DNA of 64,000 nucleotides, from NCBI GenBank assembly GCA_002104945.1, contig MCFH01000028.1:1-64000 (forward strand), read 5' to 3'. The notes below the pieces were generated by a model. That model searched no databases. It worked only from the letters and a program-made list of their open reading frames with translations, and was not told the origin of the DNA. The DNA is from Piromyces finnis finn (lineage: Eukaryota > Fungi > Neocallimastigomycota). Position numbers and translations under genes: made by a program. Below are positions 28,838-41,006 of the stretch, one piece after another (the stretch's first letter is position 1; every line of letters begins with the position of its first letter).

Positions 28838-30617
28838 CCAAGTATCATTCTTAAAAAAGGATATAAAAGGAATTATTAATTAAAAAACTAATATTTTATC
28901 AATATTTTTTTTTTTTATTAATTGCTTATTATTAAATATTAATAATTCTTTTTTATTTTTATATATATAACAAAGTAAATTGATAATTATCATCCCTTTA
29001 TTAAATTATTTTTGTTTAAATATTAAAATTTAAAAATTACAATGATACACCCTAATTTTATTTTATATGAAATGCTAAAAAAAAATTCTATCGAATAATT
29101 ATTATAAATTATTTTTTATAATATTATCTTATTATTATTAATATAAAATAGAAGTATTATTAATAATAAAAATATTATTATATATGTAAATAACCATTAA
29201 ATAATAAAAACAAAACCCATTAGATTAAAAATTAAAACTATAAATACCTTTTTTTTTTTTTTTTTAAAAAAAAAACATAAAATCAAAACAAAACAATTAA
29301 TCAAACGCAAATTTACCCCATCATCATAATTTATTTATTCATTATATTACTTAAAATTTAAAAATCTTAATAGCGAGTTTTAAAAATTTTAAAACAATAA
29401 CGTTTAATAGATTTTTTTTTATTTATAATTATTTTCGTATTTAAAGAATAAAAGAATTGAAATATTATATTAGAAAAATAAAAACAAAAAACAAAATAAA
29501 AAACTATCGATAAAAAATAAAATTAAATAAATAAAAAAAATAAAACAATTAACAACATAATTACTATGTTCAAAAGCTTTCTATATTGATTTTCTATATC
29601 TCTGTATTTCTATTAATTCATTTTATTGATTCTTTTTAGTATTTTTCGATAAAAAAAGAATGTTAACCTATGTACTGTATTAATCATTTTATTATTATTA
29701 ATGGAAATTTTAAGAAAAGTAATAATTATGCCATACATACTAATTATTGAGTGTTATTATGGTATGGTAAAGTATAGGTAATATAAATTAAAAAGTAATA
29801 CTATGATATTATTAAAAGTGTTACGTGTTACCTTTGGAGTTTATTTCATTCCTCTATTTTTATATACATTATTTTAAAAGATACATTCTCAATATAAATT
29901 TGTATACATTAATCTTTTGTTTACAATCATAAATTTTTTAATTTATTATTTATCCACAATCGATGAAAAAATTTTTTCTGTATAATTTAATATTTCTTGT
30001 TTTTCTGTATTTTATTATTTTATATATAATATTTATTAATAATTATTATTTAATATTTCGTTCCAGCATATTATGTTTATTTCCAGAAATAAATGCCGTT
30101 TTTTTTTATTTTTCTATATATAGATAATATATATACTATCATATATTATAATATAATCAATTGTTATAGAAATTTAAAATTTGTTGCTTAATCACCAAGA
30201 TCATCCCTTTTATGAATATAAATTAAATCTATTGTAGTAATATATTATAATATAAATAATAAAAATTTTAAATATTTTCGTAAAATGATCATATATTAAT
30301 TATATATTGATAGATATTTTACAATATAATCAAATATATGAAATTAATTCATTTTATTTTAATGTAAAAATAGGGAAAAATTAAAACTAAAATTGAAATT
30401 TAAAAAAAAAAAAAAGTATAAATACTTCAAATTTATTCTTTAAAATTTTATATTACTTCATTTTATATAAATTTTAATATGTTTAATAGTTAAAAAAAAA
30501 AAAAAAAGAAATACTAAAGCATAATTATATAAACTAGAATAGAGAAGAAAAAGTTAAAAAACATCTTTTATATTTAGTAAATAAATTTTTTTTATTAAAA
30601 GGAAAAATTGAAAAAAA

Positions 30618-31580
30618 ATGCATCTTATTCAATCTGAATTCAACAAGGAATCTATTGATTCTAACGTTTTATTAAAGAATATTTATATCTCAAAGATGAA
30701 GAATAATAATGCTGGTTATTTTTCATTCTTAAGAGAAGCTGAAACCACTGAATATATTCCAACCGGTCGTTCTTTAGGTACTGGTTCATTTGCTATTGCT
30801 ATTGAAGTTGCTCATATTGAGACCGGAAAGAAATATGTTGCAAAAATCATGACTTCTGATAAATTAAGAGGTTATGAAAAGGGAATTGAAAAAGAAATTC
30901 AAATCATGCAATATTATTCCAATGCTCTTTCCAAAATGGATAAGGACAACAATGACAACAACAACAATCTTTTAAGATTAATTGATTGTTTTAGAATTGT
31001 TACTAATGGACAAACACATATTTGTATGATATTAGATTTATGTGATCCAAATGATTTATTTGATGCTATTTGTGATAATGGAGCATTTTGTGAAGAAGAA
31101 GCCAAGAAAATGATGAAACCAATATTTGAAGCAGTTCATTGCTTACATCAATGTGGTATTGTTCATCGTGATATTAAGGCAGAAAACATTCTTTTAAAAG
31201 ATGGCAAACCAATTCTTGCCGATTTTGGATTAGCAGAATTTTGTGAATTAGGTAAAAACACATTGACGGAATATTGTGGAACACCTGGTACTACAGCACC
31301 AGAAATCATTAAGAATGAGCCTTATGGAAATAGTTGTGATATGTATTCCCTTGGAGCATTAACATACTTTTTATTAGCCGGATATCGACCATTTGATTGG
31401 GCAGAAGATGCAAGAGATGAAAGAGATGCAGTATTAAATAATAAATTTAGTTATCCAGAAGAAAGTTTCGGAGAAGTATCACTTGAAGCCCAAGATTTCA
31501 TCAATAAATGTATGATGATTGATCCAAATGAAAGAATGACAGCTGAAGAAGCCTTAAACCATCCATGGTTAAAAGAATAA
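30618..31580 (+). CDS. Ser/Thr protein kinase, CAMK group, copy 2 (intronless)
   Basis: Same motifs as copy 1, and near-identical to it after about codon 13. Confidence 0.93.
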   Translation: MHLIQSEFNKESIDSNVLLKNIYISKMKNNNAGYFSFLREAETTEYIPTGRSLGTGSFAIAIEVAHIETGKKYVAKIMTSDKLRGYEKGIEKEIQIMQYYSNALSKMDKDNNDNNNNLLRLIDCFRIVTNGQTHICMILDLCDPNDLFDAICDNGAFCEEEAKKMMKPIFEAVHCLHQCGIVHRDIKAENILLKDGKPILADFGLAEFCELGKNTLTEYCGTPGTTAPEIIKNEPYGNSCDMYSLGALTYFLLAGYRPFDWAEDARDERDAVLNNKFSYPEESFGEVSLEAQDFINKCMMIDPNERMTAEEALNHPWLKE

Positions 31581-33681
31581 ATTTTATTTATAGTATTATT
31601 TTTTCAATTAATACTTTAAAATTTTGTAAATAGTATTATTATTTAAACCAAATTAGTTTATATAATTTATTAATTATAATAAACTATTCATTATTATCTT
31701 TAAAATTATTTATTCATTAATTTATTATAACACTTTATTATTTATTTATTTATTTATTTATTTATTATTTATTTATTTATTATTTATTTATTTATTTATT
31801 ATTTATTTATTTACTCATATCATCATCATATTATAAGCATATTTTTAATATCAATGATTCATTAATTTATTCTATTTATTAATACAACAAAATACTATCT
31901 TTTTAAATGTAAATATAAATTAAAAACAAAGTAAATAATAAAGCAACTAATATAAAAAAAAATTAATTATTTTTTCTTTTTTTCCTTTTCTGTTTATTTC
32001 TTTTTATAAAAGAACTTGAATAAGAATTTAATATTTTTTTTAAATACATATTTTAATAATACTTTATTATTATTATCTTTTTTTTTTTCTTTCATCCACT
32101 ATCAATATTCCAATTTTCATTATAAAATATATTTTCTTTCTTTCTTTAACACATTACAAACAATAGAATGTAATGTATTTATAGAATGTATACATTATAA
32201 AAAATTGTGTATTTTAATTTTTAATTAATCAATTAATCTTTTAATATAAAATTAATAATTATAAAGATTTTTGTGATACAATAATTTCTGTAAATGTAAA
32301 AATAAATTAAAATATAAAATTTAATATAAATTATATTCATTACAATATATTATAATATATTAGATGGAAAGATTTAGAATATTATTATTTTCTGTATAAT
32401 GAAAAAAGATGATTCTTTTTTTTTTTTTCGTTGTAATTTTCAGGAATGGTGAATGTATTGAAAGATTATCCTCTTTCCCCTTTTTATTATTGTAAAAAAA
32501 AAAAAAAAGAAATAATAAAAGGTAAAGTTCTTAATAAAAAAGTTTTATTTTATATTAATGAGGATACTTTATCTTTAAGTAAATTGTGATTTCCTTTGTA
32601 ATTATTATTGTATTTAAATAAAGAGTATCCTTTTTTTTTTCCCCATAATTCATCACCGTTTTTTTTATAATTTATAAAAATGTTCATTCATCTTAAAATG
32701 AGCCATGCGAATTCACAATAAAGGCAAAGTTAAAAAAAAAAAAGTTGTTACATGTAAATTTTAACATTTTTAGTAAATTGAATATTTTTTAATTTCTGTT
32801 TTTTTCTTTTATTTTAAACTTTGCTGGTTGGCAGTAAAATAAAATTTATTTATTTTATAATTTATTTACTTATTTATTTTATTATTAATTAATCAACTAT
32901 TTATTTAATATATTATTTATACATTCATTTATATATTTAATTAAAAATTTTACAGAATTTTTCAAATTATTCATAAAAATTTTTGATATTTTACTTCTAA
33001 ATATTCAATATATTATATCAATATATTGCAATAAAATTCAATGGATCATGAATTATTCCTTAATATATTAATCATTACAAATCATTACATTGTAATATAT
33101 TATAAATAATACATTTAATTTATTAAGGATCAAAATAATTCATTTCTCAATTTTTTCCTACCTACGGAAAACCTAAAAAAAGCTTAAATCTTTACTATTA
33201 AAATAGGGGAAAAAATTATATATAAATAAACAAGAAAAATACTTTTTTTTTTTTTCATCATTATACAATATATAATTTAAAATTTATATAAAAGTTAACT
33301 TTTTTTTTTTTTTTCTTTAAAGAAAAAAAGTCTTTATTTTAACAATTTGTTATAAGCACATTATTAAAGCAATATTTAATACAATTTTTTAAAAAATTAA
33401 TTATCCTCTTAAAAAGATATTTTAATTATTTAAAAAAAGTTTTATTTTTTTTTTTATAAAAAATATAAATGCGTTCATTTGCTAAAACTATTATTATATA
33501 TAACTTTGTTAATTCTATATATAATAAGAATATTTATCATTATAATAATTTATCAAATCACTTATTAACTTAACATACACACTATTTGTAATAATTACTT
33601 TTAAATAATTAAAGAATAATTTTTTTTTATAAAGAAATTCTTTTGTATTTTTAATCAACAAACAGGAAGAAGGAAATAAAA

Positions 33682-34653
33682 ATGCGTTTAATTAATTTCG
33701 ATATGCCAGAGTTCAACAAGGAATCTATTGATTCAAACGTTTTATTAAAGAATATTTATATCTCAAAGATGAAGAATAATAATGCTGGTTATTTTTCATT
33801 CTTAAGAGAAGCTGAAACCACTAAATATATTCCAACCGGTCGTTCTTTAGGTACTGGTTCATTTGCTATTGCTATTGAAGTTGCTCATATTGAGACCGGA
33901 AAGAAATATGTTGCAAAAATCATGACTTCTGATAAATTAAGAGGTTATGAAAAGGGAATTGAAAAAGAAATTCAAATCATGCAATATTATTCCAATGCTC
34001 TTTCCAAAATGGATAAGGACAACAATGACAACAACAACAATCTTTTAAGATTAATTGATTGTTTTAGAATTGTTACTAATGGACAAACACATATTTGTAT
34101 GATATTAGATTTATGTGATCCAAATGATTTATTTGATGCTATTTGTGATAATGGAGCATTTTGTGAAGAAGAAGCCAAGAAAATGATGAAACCAATATTT
34201 GAAGCAGTTCATTGCTTACATCAATGTGGTATTGTTCATCGTGATATTAAGGCAGAAAACATTCTTTTAAAAGATGGCAAACCAATTCTTGCCGATTTTG
34301 GATTAGCAGAATTTTGTGAATTAGGTAAAAACACATTGACGGAATATTGTGGAACACCTGGTACTACAGCACCAGAAATCATTAAGAATGAGCCTTATGG
34401 AAATAGTTGTGATATGTATTCCCTTGGAGCATTAACATACTTTTTATTAGCCGGATATCGACCATTTGATTGGGCAGAAGATGCAAGAGATGAAAGAGAT
34501 GCAGTATTAAATAATAAATTTAGTTATCCAGAAGAAAGTTTCGGAGAAGTATCACTTGAAGCCCAAGATTTCATCAATAAATGTATGATGATTGATCCAA
34601 ATGAAAGAATGACAGCTGAAGAAGCCTTAAACCATCCATGGTTAAAAGAATGA
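33682..34653 (+). CDS. Ser/Thr protein kinase, CAMK group, copy 3 (intronless)
   Basis: Same motifs. The N-terminus is 3 aa longer, and the sequence is a mosaic of copy 1 and copy 2 variants. Confidence 0.93.
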   Translation: MRLINFDMPEFNKESIDSNVLLKNIYISKMKNNNAGYFSFLREAETTKYIPTGRSLGTGSFAIAIEVAHIETGKKYVAKIMTSDKLRGYEKGIEKEIQIMQYYSNALSKMDKDNNDNNNNLLRLIDCFRIVTNGQTHICMILDLCDPNDLFDAICDNGAFCEEEAKKMMKPIFEAVHCLHQCGIVHRDIKAENILLKDGKPILADFGLAEFCELGKNTLTEYCGTPGTTAPEIIKNEPYGNSCDMYSLGALTYFLLAGYRPFDWAEDARDERDAVLNNKFSYPEESFGEVSLEAQDFINKCMMIDPNERMTAEEALNHPWLKE

Positions 34654-34702
34654 ATAACAATATTATTTAAAAAAAATAATCATAAAAATAATAACTAAAA
34701 AA

Positions 34703-34735
<33 letters not shown>

Positions 34736-35878
34736 AAATCAAATTAAAAATAAAAAGTAATTAAAAAGAATCCTTTAAATTGTTATATATAAATCAATAT
34801 AGAAAAAAACTATTTATTTTTATATAATGTAAAATTAATTTTTGTAAATAAATAAATAAAAAAATATAATATTATTAACCATACCGCTGCTTATTAATGG
34901 TATAAACGTTATTGATAAATTTTTAAAAGTGTAGTACTTATAAATAATGTAAATAATTAAATGTAAATAAATGTATATAAAAAAGTTTAAAAATAATTTT
35001 ATTTTCTTCTTTTTAAACTTCATATATATTTGGTGTAATAACTAACTTTTTAAAAGTTCTTTCTTAGAATAAATAAACAGAAAGTATTCATTTATTTTCT
35101 TTTCTTTAAAAGAGAAACAGGTGTTGTTTTTTATTGTAAATTATCATATGAATTTAATATTTCAATATATGTAACCTGTTGTATAATTGAAAAGAGATGT
35201 ATGATTACTTTAACTATTTTTATTTACAATATTTAAAAAATATTAATGAGCATCATTGAAAATGTGTATTTCTTTCTAAACCCAAAAGTTTACATTTCTT
35301 CACATTTACTTTTTTTTTTAATTTCAAACGTCCAAATGTAGTATACAGAATGTATTTTTTTTTTTTTTTTTTTAAATAGATAGCAGAAAAAATATTTAAT
35401 AATCCATTATGAATAATGCAAACATTTTTGGACAATCAAGATTTTAGGGATACTAAAGTTTTTTCATTATTATTCTTGTCATTGATACTCAAAATAATTA
35501 AACTTTAGCTCTGACTGAATTTCAAAATACTCCGTTTTTTTCAATGATACTTTTGATGATGAAAATATTGAAATGAATCTCTTTTATCAATTATTTATTT
35601 AGATTTAAAATAATGATGATTTATTCTATTTTTGGAGAAATAGATAATATAGTCTGTGATAGATTATGATGATTTATCATAATATAATAACCTATCGATG
35701 TTTTTTATTAACTTTAATAGTTTGTCATAATCCAAGAATATTAGAATAGGGTCTTATGAGTAATTAAATAGGACCAGTGCAATTTGGTTTTCACAATAAA
35801 AAATACTTTGAGCTATGTAAGGAAGCACCAAGAAGATAATCATAAGTCTATCTTTATGTTTTACTTTTAAATATATAA

Positions 35879-36245
35879 ATAAATAAATAAATAAATAAAT
35901 AACTAAATGAATAACTAAATAACTAACTAAATAAATAAATAATAAATAAATAAATAAATAAATAACTAAATGAATAAATGAATGAATGAATGAATGAATG
36001 AATGAATAAATAAATAAATAAATGAATAAATAAATAAATAAATAACTAAATGAATAAATAAATGAATGAATGAATGAATAAATAAATAAATAAATAACTA
36101 AATGAATGAATGGATAAATAATAAATAAATAAATAACTAAATGAATGAATGGATAAATAATAAATAAATAAATAAATAACTAAATGAATGAATGGATAAA
36201 TAATAAATAAATAAATAAATAACTAAATGAATGAATGAATAAATA
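35879..36245. repeat. Compound (TAAA)n/(TGAA)n repeat with a higher-order unit (aataactaaatgaatgaatggataaat...)
   Basis: Tetramer runs, with the aataactaaatgaa motif recurring many times and three longer near-identical units at ~36095-36215. Confidence 0.85.
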
Positions 36246-36968
36246 AAAATTAATTGTTGCTTACCAAATTCCTATATTTATTTATTGATCTATCATAATA
36301 TCATTAAATATAATTTTTTTGTTTTTTTAGCAGATAAAATCAAGAAAGGTGAAACAAATTTAAGTAAAAAAATTTTTAAATTTTTTTATATATTTTAGTT
36401 TTTTTTTTTTTTTTTAAGTAAATTTATTGTTAACATTGTTATACTTTTCACATTTCATTAAAAAGTAAATAAATAAATTGATATAAGCGAAAAAAATAAC
36501 AATAACAGAAAAAGAAGAAGAAAAATAATATATAAATAAAAGAAGAAACAGTGAAAACAAAGTTACAAAAAAAAAAAATAATAAAAATTGAATTTATAAA
36601 AGTGGAATTGAACAATTAAAAAAAAGTAGTGATTGAGAATATCTATTCAGAAATTTTCGTATTAATTAAAACATGAATTGAGCATTAAAGTATGGTTAAT
36701 ACTGTTTTATTATTACAAATTTTAATTTAAGAATATATAGACAAAACAAATATATTCAAAAATATCAAATATTAAAACTATTTTACCTTAATTCATTGTT
36801 AGAAATATATCCATTTTTTGTAAAAACAATTGCATTATATTAATTCAATAATTATTTTTGTATTTTTAAAAAGAAGAGATAAATTTATATTCAATTAATA
36901 AGAATTTATAAAATTAAACTAAAAAAGGTTAATAGGACTTTTTTTTCCCCCTCTCATATATAACCAAA

Positions 36969-39305
36969 ATGTATTATACACCATTGAATACATCAACTCA
37001 TAATGAAGATTATAATTCTAATAATCAAAGATTTAATGGTAATAGTTTAAATAGAAATGTTAATACTACTCCAATACCTGGAATGAATCAAACACCTTTA
37101 CCTATACCCAACTCAGCAATTACTGGTAGTAGAAGTAGTAATTCTTCTTTTAATAATAATTATCAAACGAACCATAACCATAGTAATGTATCAGTAAGTG
37201 ATGAACTTCCTTTATTGGAATTGGGTGATCTATCCATAGTTGAACCTTCTTCTAATCAAAATTTTGTAGTGAGGTCTTTATTAAATCCTCGTAGTCATAT
37301 GCAAAGCCAACATCGTTTTTATTGTAAAAAAGCGTTAAGACCTAAATTACTACAACAAAGAAATTCTAGAGAAAAAAAATTTCCATATTCAACAATTAAA
37401 AGTAAATTATATATATATATATTTCATTATGTGTATTTCATATAATTGTTTTTATTCATTAATTATAATTTTTAATTATACTCTACATTTATATTAAATT
37501 TTAGAAACCAATGGAATAAGAAAAAATCAATCCATTTTAAAATATTCAAAATTAATTGACTTTGGTCTTGCAGAACAATTAGAAGGCATTAATATTAATA
37601 AAGAAGCAAAATCTTCACTTTTTCTTCCTAGCAATAATGGAAAAATTCTTAATGTTGAGAGCTTATTCCCAAATAAATATATAGAGTTAAAACATAATTC
37701 TAAAAATAAATATGCTAATCGAAATTTACTATCCATACCAAAATCTCCAAAAAAACTAAATTTAAATGATTTAGAAAATTCAATGATATCACAAAGAGAA
37801 TTCAAGGTAAACGTTGAATAAAGTCAAATAAAGCATTGATAGAATATAACAATTTATTATTATTTTTTTTTCCTTTTATTTAGTGATAAAATTCAATATT
37901 TCATTAATATAACTTTTATTTTTATATCTATATAAAAGTTTGATAATTTAATTAGCGATTGGAAATTCATAATAAACTCTCTAGGTATTTCAGGCGTAAG
38001 TTTTTTTTTTTATTTTTTTTAATTCAATTAAATATGAATATATATTTTAAAAGCGAAATAAATACTTAAATACTTTTTTATTTTATTTTATTTTATTTCT
38101 TATATATTTACTTATTCATTTATCCTTTATTATTATTAATGATTATATATATGTTTTAGGATTTAAATATGCTTAAAATATTCACCTTAGGAACTAGATT
38201 TTCAGATTTAGTTCATAAAATTCAACAAGAAGATACACCTAAAAAAATATACATTTCCAATATTGAAAAACCAAATATACCATCAGATTTTAATACTCTC
38301 GATATACTTACTAATCAATCTATAGGTAAATATAATATATACTCTATTATATTTATTTTTTAGATTTTATATTAATTATCATCATCATCATAATACTTGA
38401 ATATATTATTGTAATACTTAATAAAATGATCCTAGTGAATAATTTAAACTCTCAAGTTGATGCTATTCTATTAAGTGTCATTGATAATGATAAAAATGGA
38501 TTGGATACTTCTCAACGTTTAGCAGCACAAAACTTATTAATTAAAAAGAGTACAGCGCCATTAATTCGTTCAATATTTATATCGGAATATCTATCAGGAA
38601 GAAATATGATTTCACCCAACAATGAATTTAGACGTAGATTATGTGTTCTATTAGATGATTATGAATTAATTCGTTTTATTTCAAGTCTTGTTGATTCTGA
38701 AAAATTGACTCAAGATGATCAAGATGTTCTTAATCGAATCTTAGTAGAATCTTCACTTTCAGATATTATTTATGAAGATCAAGGTGATATTATGTATAAT
38801 GACAATAAAGATTCTTTAAAAACATTTACTGAAAATAATGGGGATGATGATAATGAAAATACTATGAAACAATATGGTCAAATATTACGAACAATTTATT
38901 CCGCTTCAAAGAAGTCTTCATCAGAAGAAAAAATGATTGAAAATTTCTTACAGAGATCATCCTTTTTAATTAAAACAAGTAAAATTAATCAAAAAAAGAA
39001 AAAAAGGGAAACCTTTTTTACTGGTAATACCGATTTTCAAGATCAGTTATCATCAACTTCTCATCTACTGAAATCATATAATCAAACCCCGTTTAGTATA
39101 TCATCATCCTCATCATCTTATTTACAACAACTTCAACAGCAACAGCAACAACAACAACAATTACATCAATTATATGAACAAAACCAACAATCACTAAGAC
39201 AACAAAATCAATCCTTTGATAATTTCTTGGGTCAACTTAATTCGTTTAAACTTAATAATCAATCTATATTAGAGGAACAAATGAGTCAACAACAGCAACT
39301 ACAGC

Positions 39306-39358
<53 letters not shown>

Positions 39359-39375
39359 CTACAACAACAGCAACT

Positions 39376-39414
<39 letters not shown>

Positions 39415-39799
39415 GCAACTACAGCAATTACAACAACAACAACAACAAATCCCAATACCACATACACAAATCCATAGTACAATACCTGATGCTTTTTCTT
39501 TAGAAAGTAGAAATTTAGATAAAAGTACTAATAATCACAATAATTATGAGTTAGGTTCCAATTTACCATATAATTCAGTGGTAAATCCTTTATTTTCATC
39601 AGTACCATCTTCACAATCTTTTGAACAACATCCTGTTCAAACCATGCCTAATAATAATCCACATAATATACCAGAAACTCCTACTACTCCTACACCTGAA
39701 GTACCAACACCTTTAACTCCTATTTTGCAACAACAGCAAACTCAAACAAATGAACCGGTTACTCAATCTTTACCCTTAAATTTTAATTTGAATCTATAG
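36969..39799 (+). CDS. Hypothetical protein with N-rich N-terminus, central helical region and long poly-Q tract, 5-exon model
   Basis: Exons 36969-37401, 37505-37806, 37939-37995, 38160-38325 and 38436-39799 join in frame through GT..AG. I recognised no family. Confidence 0.65.
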
Positions 39800-40085
39800 T
39801 TTTTATTCTTATCTTTTTTTTTTCTTTTTTCATATTTTTATTTTATATATAAGGAATTTAATAATAGATTATAATGATTTAATTTTTTTTTTTTTAGTTT
39901 CTTTTATTTTTTTTTTCTCTTTTTATAATTCCATAAAAAAAAAAAAAAAAAAAACATTTATAGTGAAAGGATCAAACCTATGAAATATTCAAATGATTAA
40001 AGTAAATATCTATTTCTTTTATATGAATATTAACGGATACCCAAAAATGAACATTTTTATTTTACTTGAATAATCACATAAAATA

Positions 40086-40122
<37 letters not shown>

Positions 40123-40198
40123 TAAATATAAATAATTAAAAAACTTTAAACTTTTTCTTTTTTTTTATATTTTTTTTCTTTATTTACTTTTTTATTGT

Positions 40199-40242
<44 letters not shown>

Positions 40243-40429
40243 CTATTATATATATGTAATGCATATAGATGTTTTAAAAAAAACTATATATATTTTTTTA
40301 CTTTATTTTATTATTATTATTATTTCTTTTTAATGATAAGAATATGCATTTATAGTTTGATATAAAATAAAAATAAAAATAGGATATTAGAGATATATAT
40401 TTCTTTTATATATATATTTCTTTTCATCC

Positions 40430-40461
<32 letters not shown>

Positions 40462-40593
40462 TTTAAAGTTTTATCTTTTAATTACTAATTTCTTTACTTT
40501 TTTTTTTTATACTTTAAAGAAATGTAATAGGAGAATCTAATAATAATTATATATATATATATATATATATATTTTTTTATTTCATTTTTATTT

Positions 40594-40943
40594 TTAATTG
40601 AATGCATTGTTAAAATCTGCAAAGAAATTATTGTTAGTACTTGAAGTATTATTATTACTGTTATTGTTATTATTGGCATTATTATTGCTATTATTATTAA
40701 AGAATGAGAAGGATGCATCATTGTTATTATTATCAAAGAAGTTTTGGTTATTGTTATTGCTGTTACTGTTTAAATTATTATTGTTGCCAAAGAAATCTTG
40801 ATTGGTATTACTAAAGAAGTCTTGGTTATTGTTATTATTACTACTATTACCAAATATATTATTATTATTGTTATTATTATTATTATTTGATAAGAAAACA
40901 TTATTACTGTTATTGTTATTCGATGACATGAAAACATTGTTGC

Positions 40944-41006
<63 letters not shown>

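Noticed and set aside
28171-34178. Identical 63-aa antisense ORFs in each kinase copy (28171, 30914, 33987)
   Set aside because: They are shadows of the near-identical sense genes, with no independent coding signal.
35879-36245. Repeat array considered as CRISPR-like or telomeric
   Set aside because: It consists of tetramer-derived units with no unique spacers and no G-rich telomere motif, in a eukaryotic context.
37549-37575. KLIDFGLAE kinase-like motif in the unknown Q-rich gene
   Set aside because: No glycine loop, catalytic loop or APE motif at the expected spacing, so it is probably coincidental.
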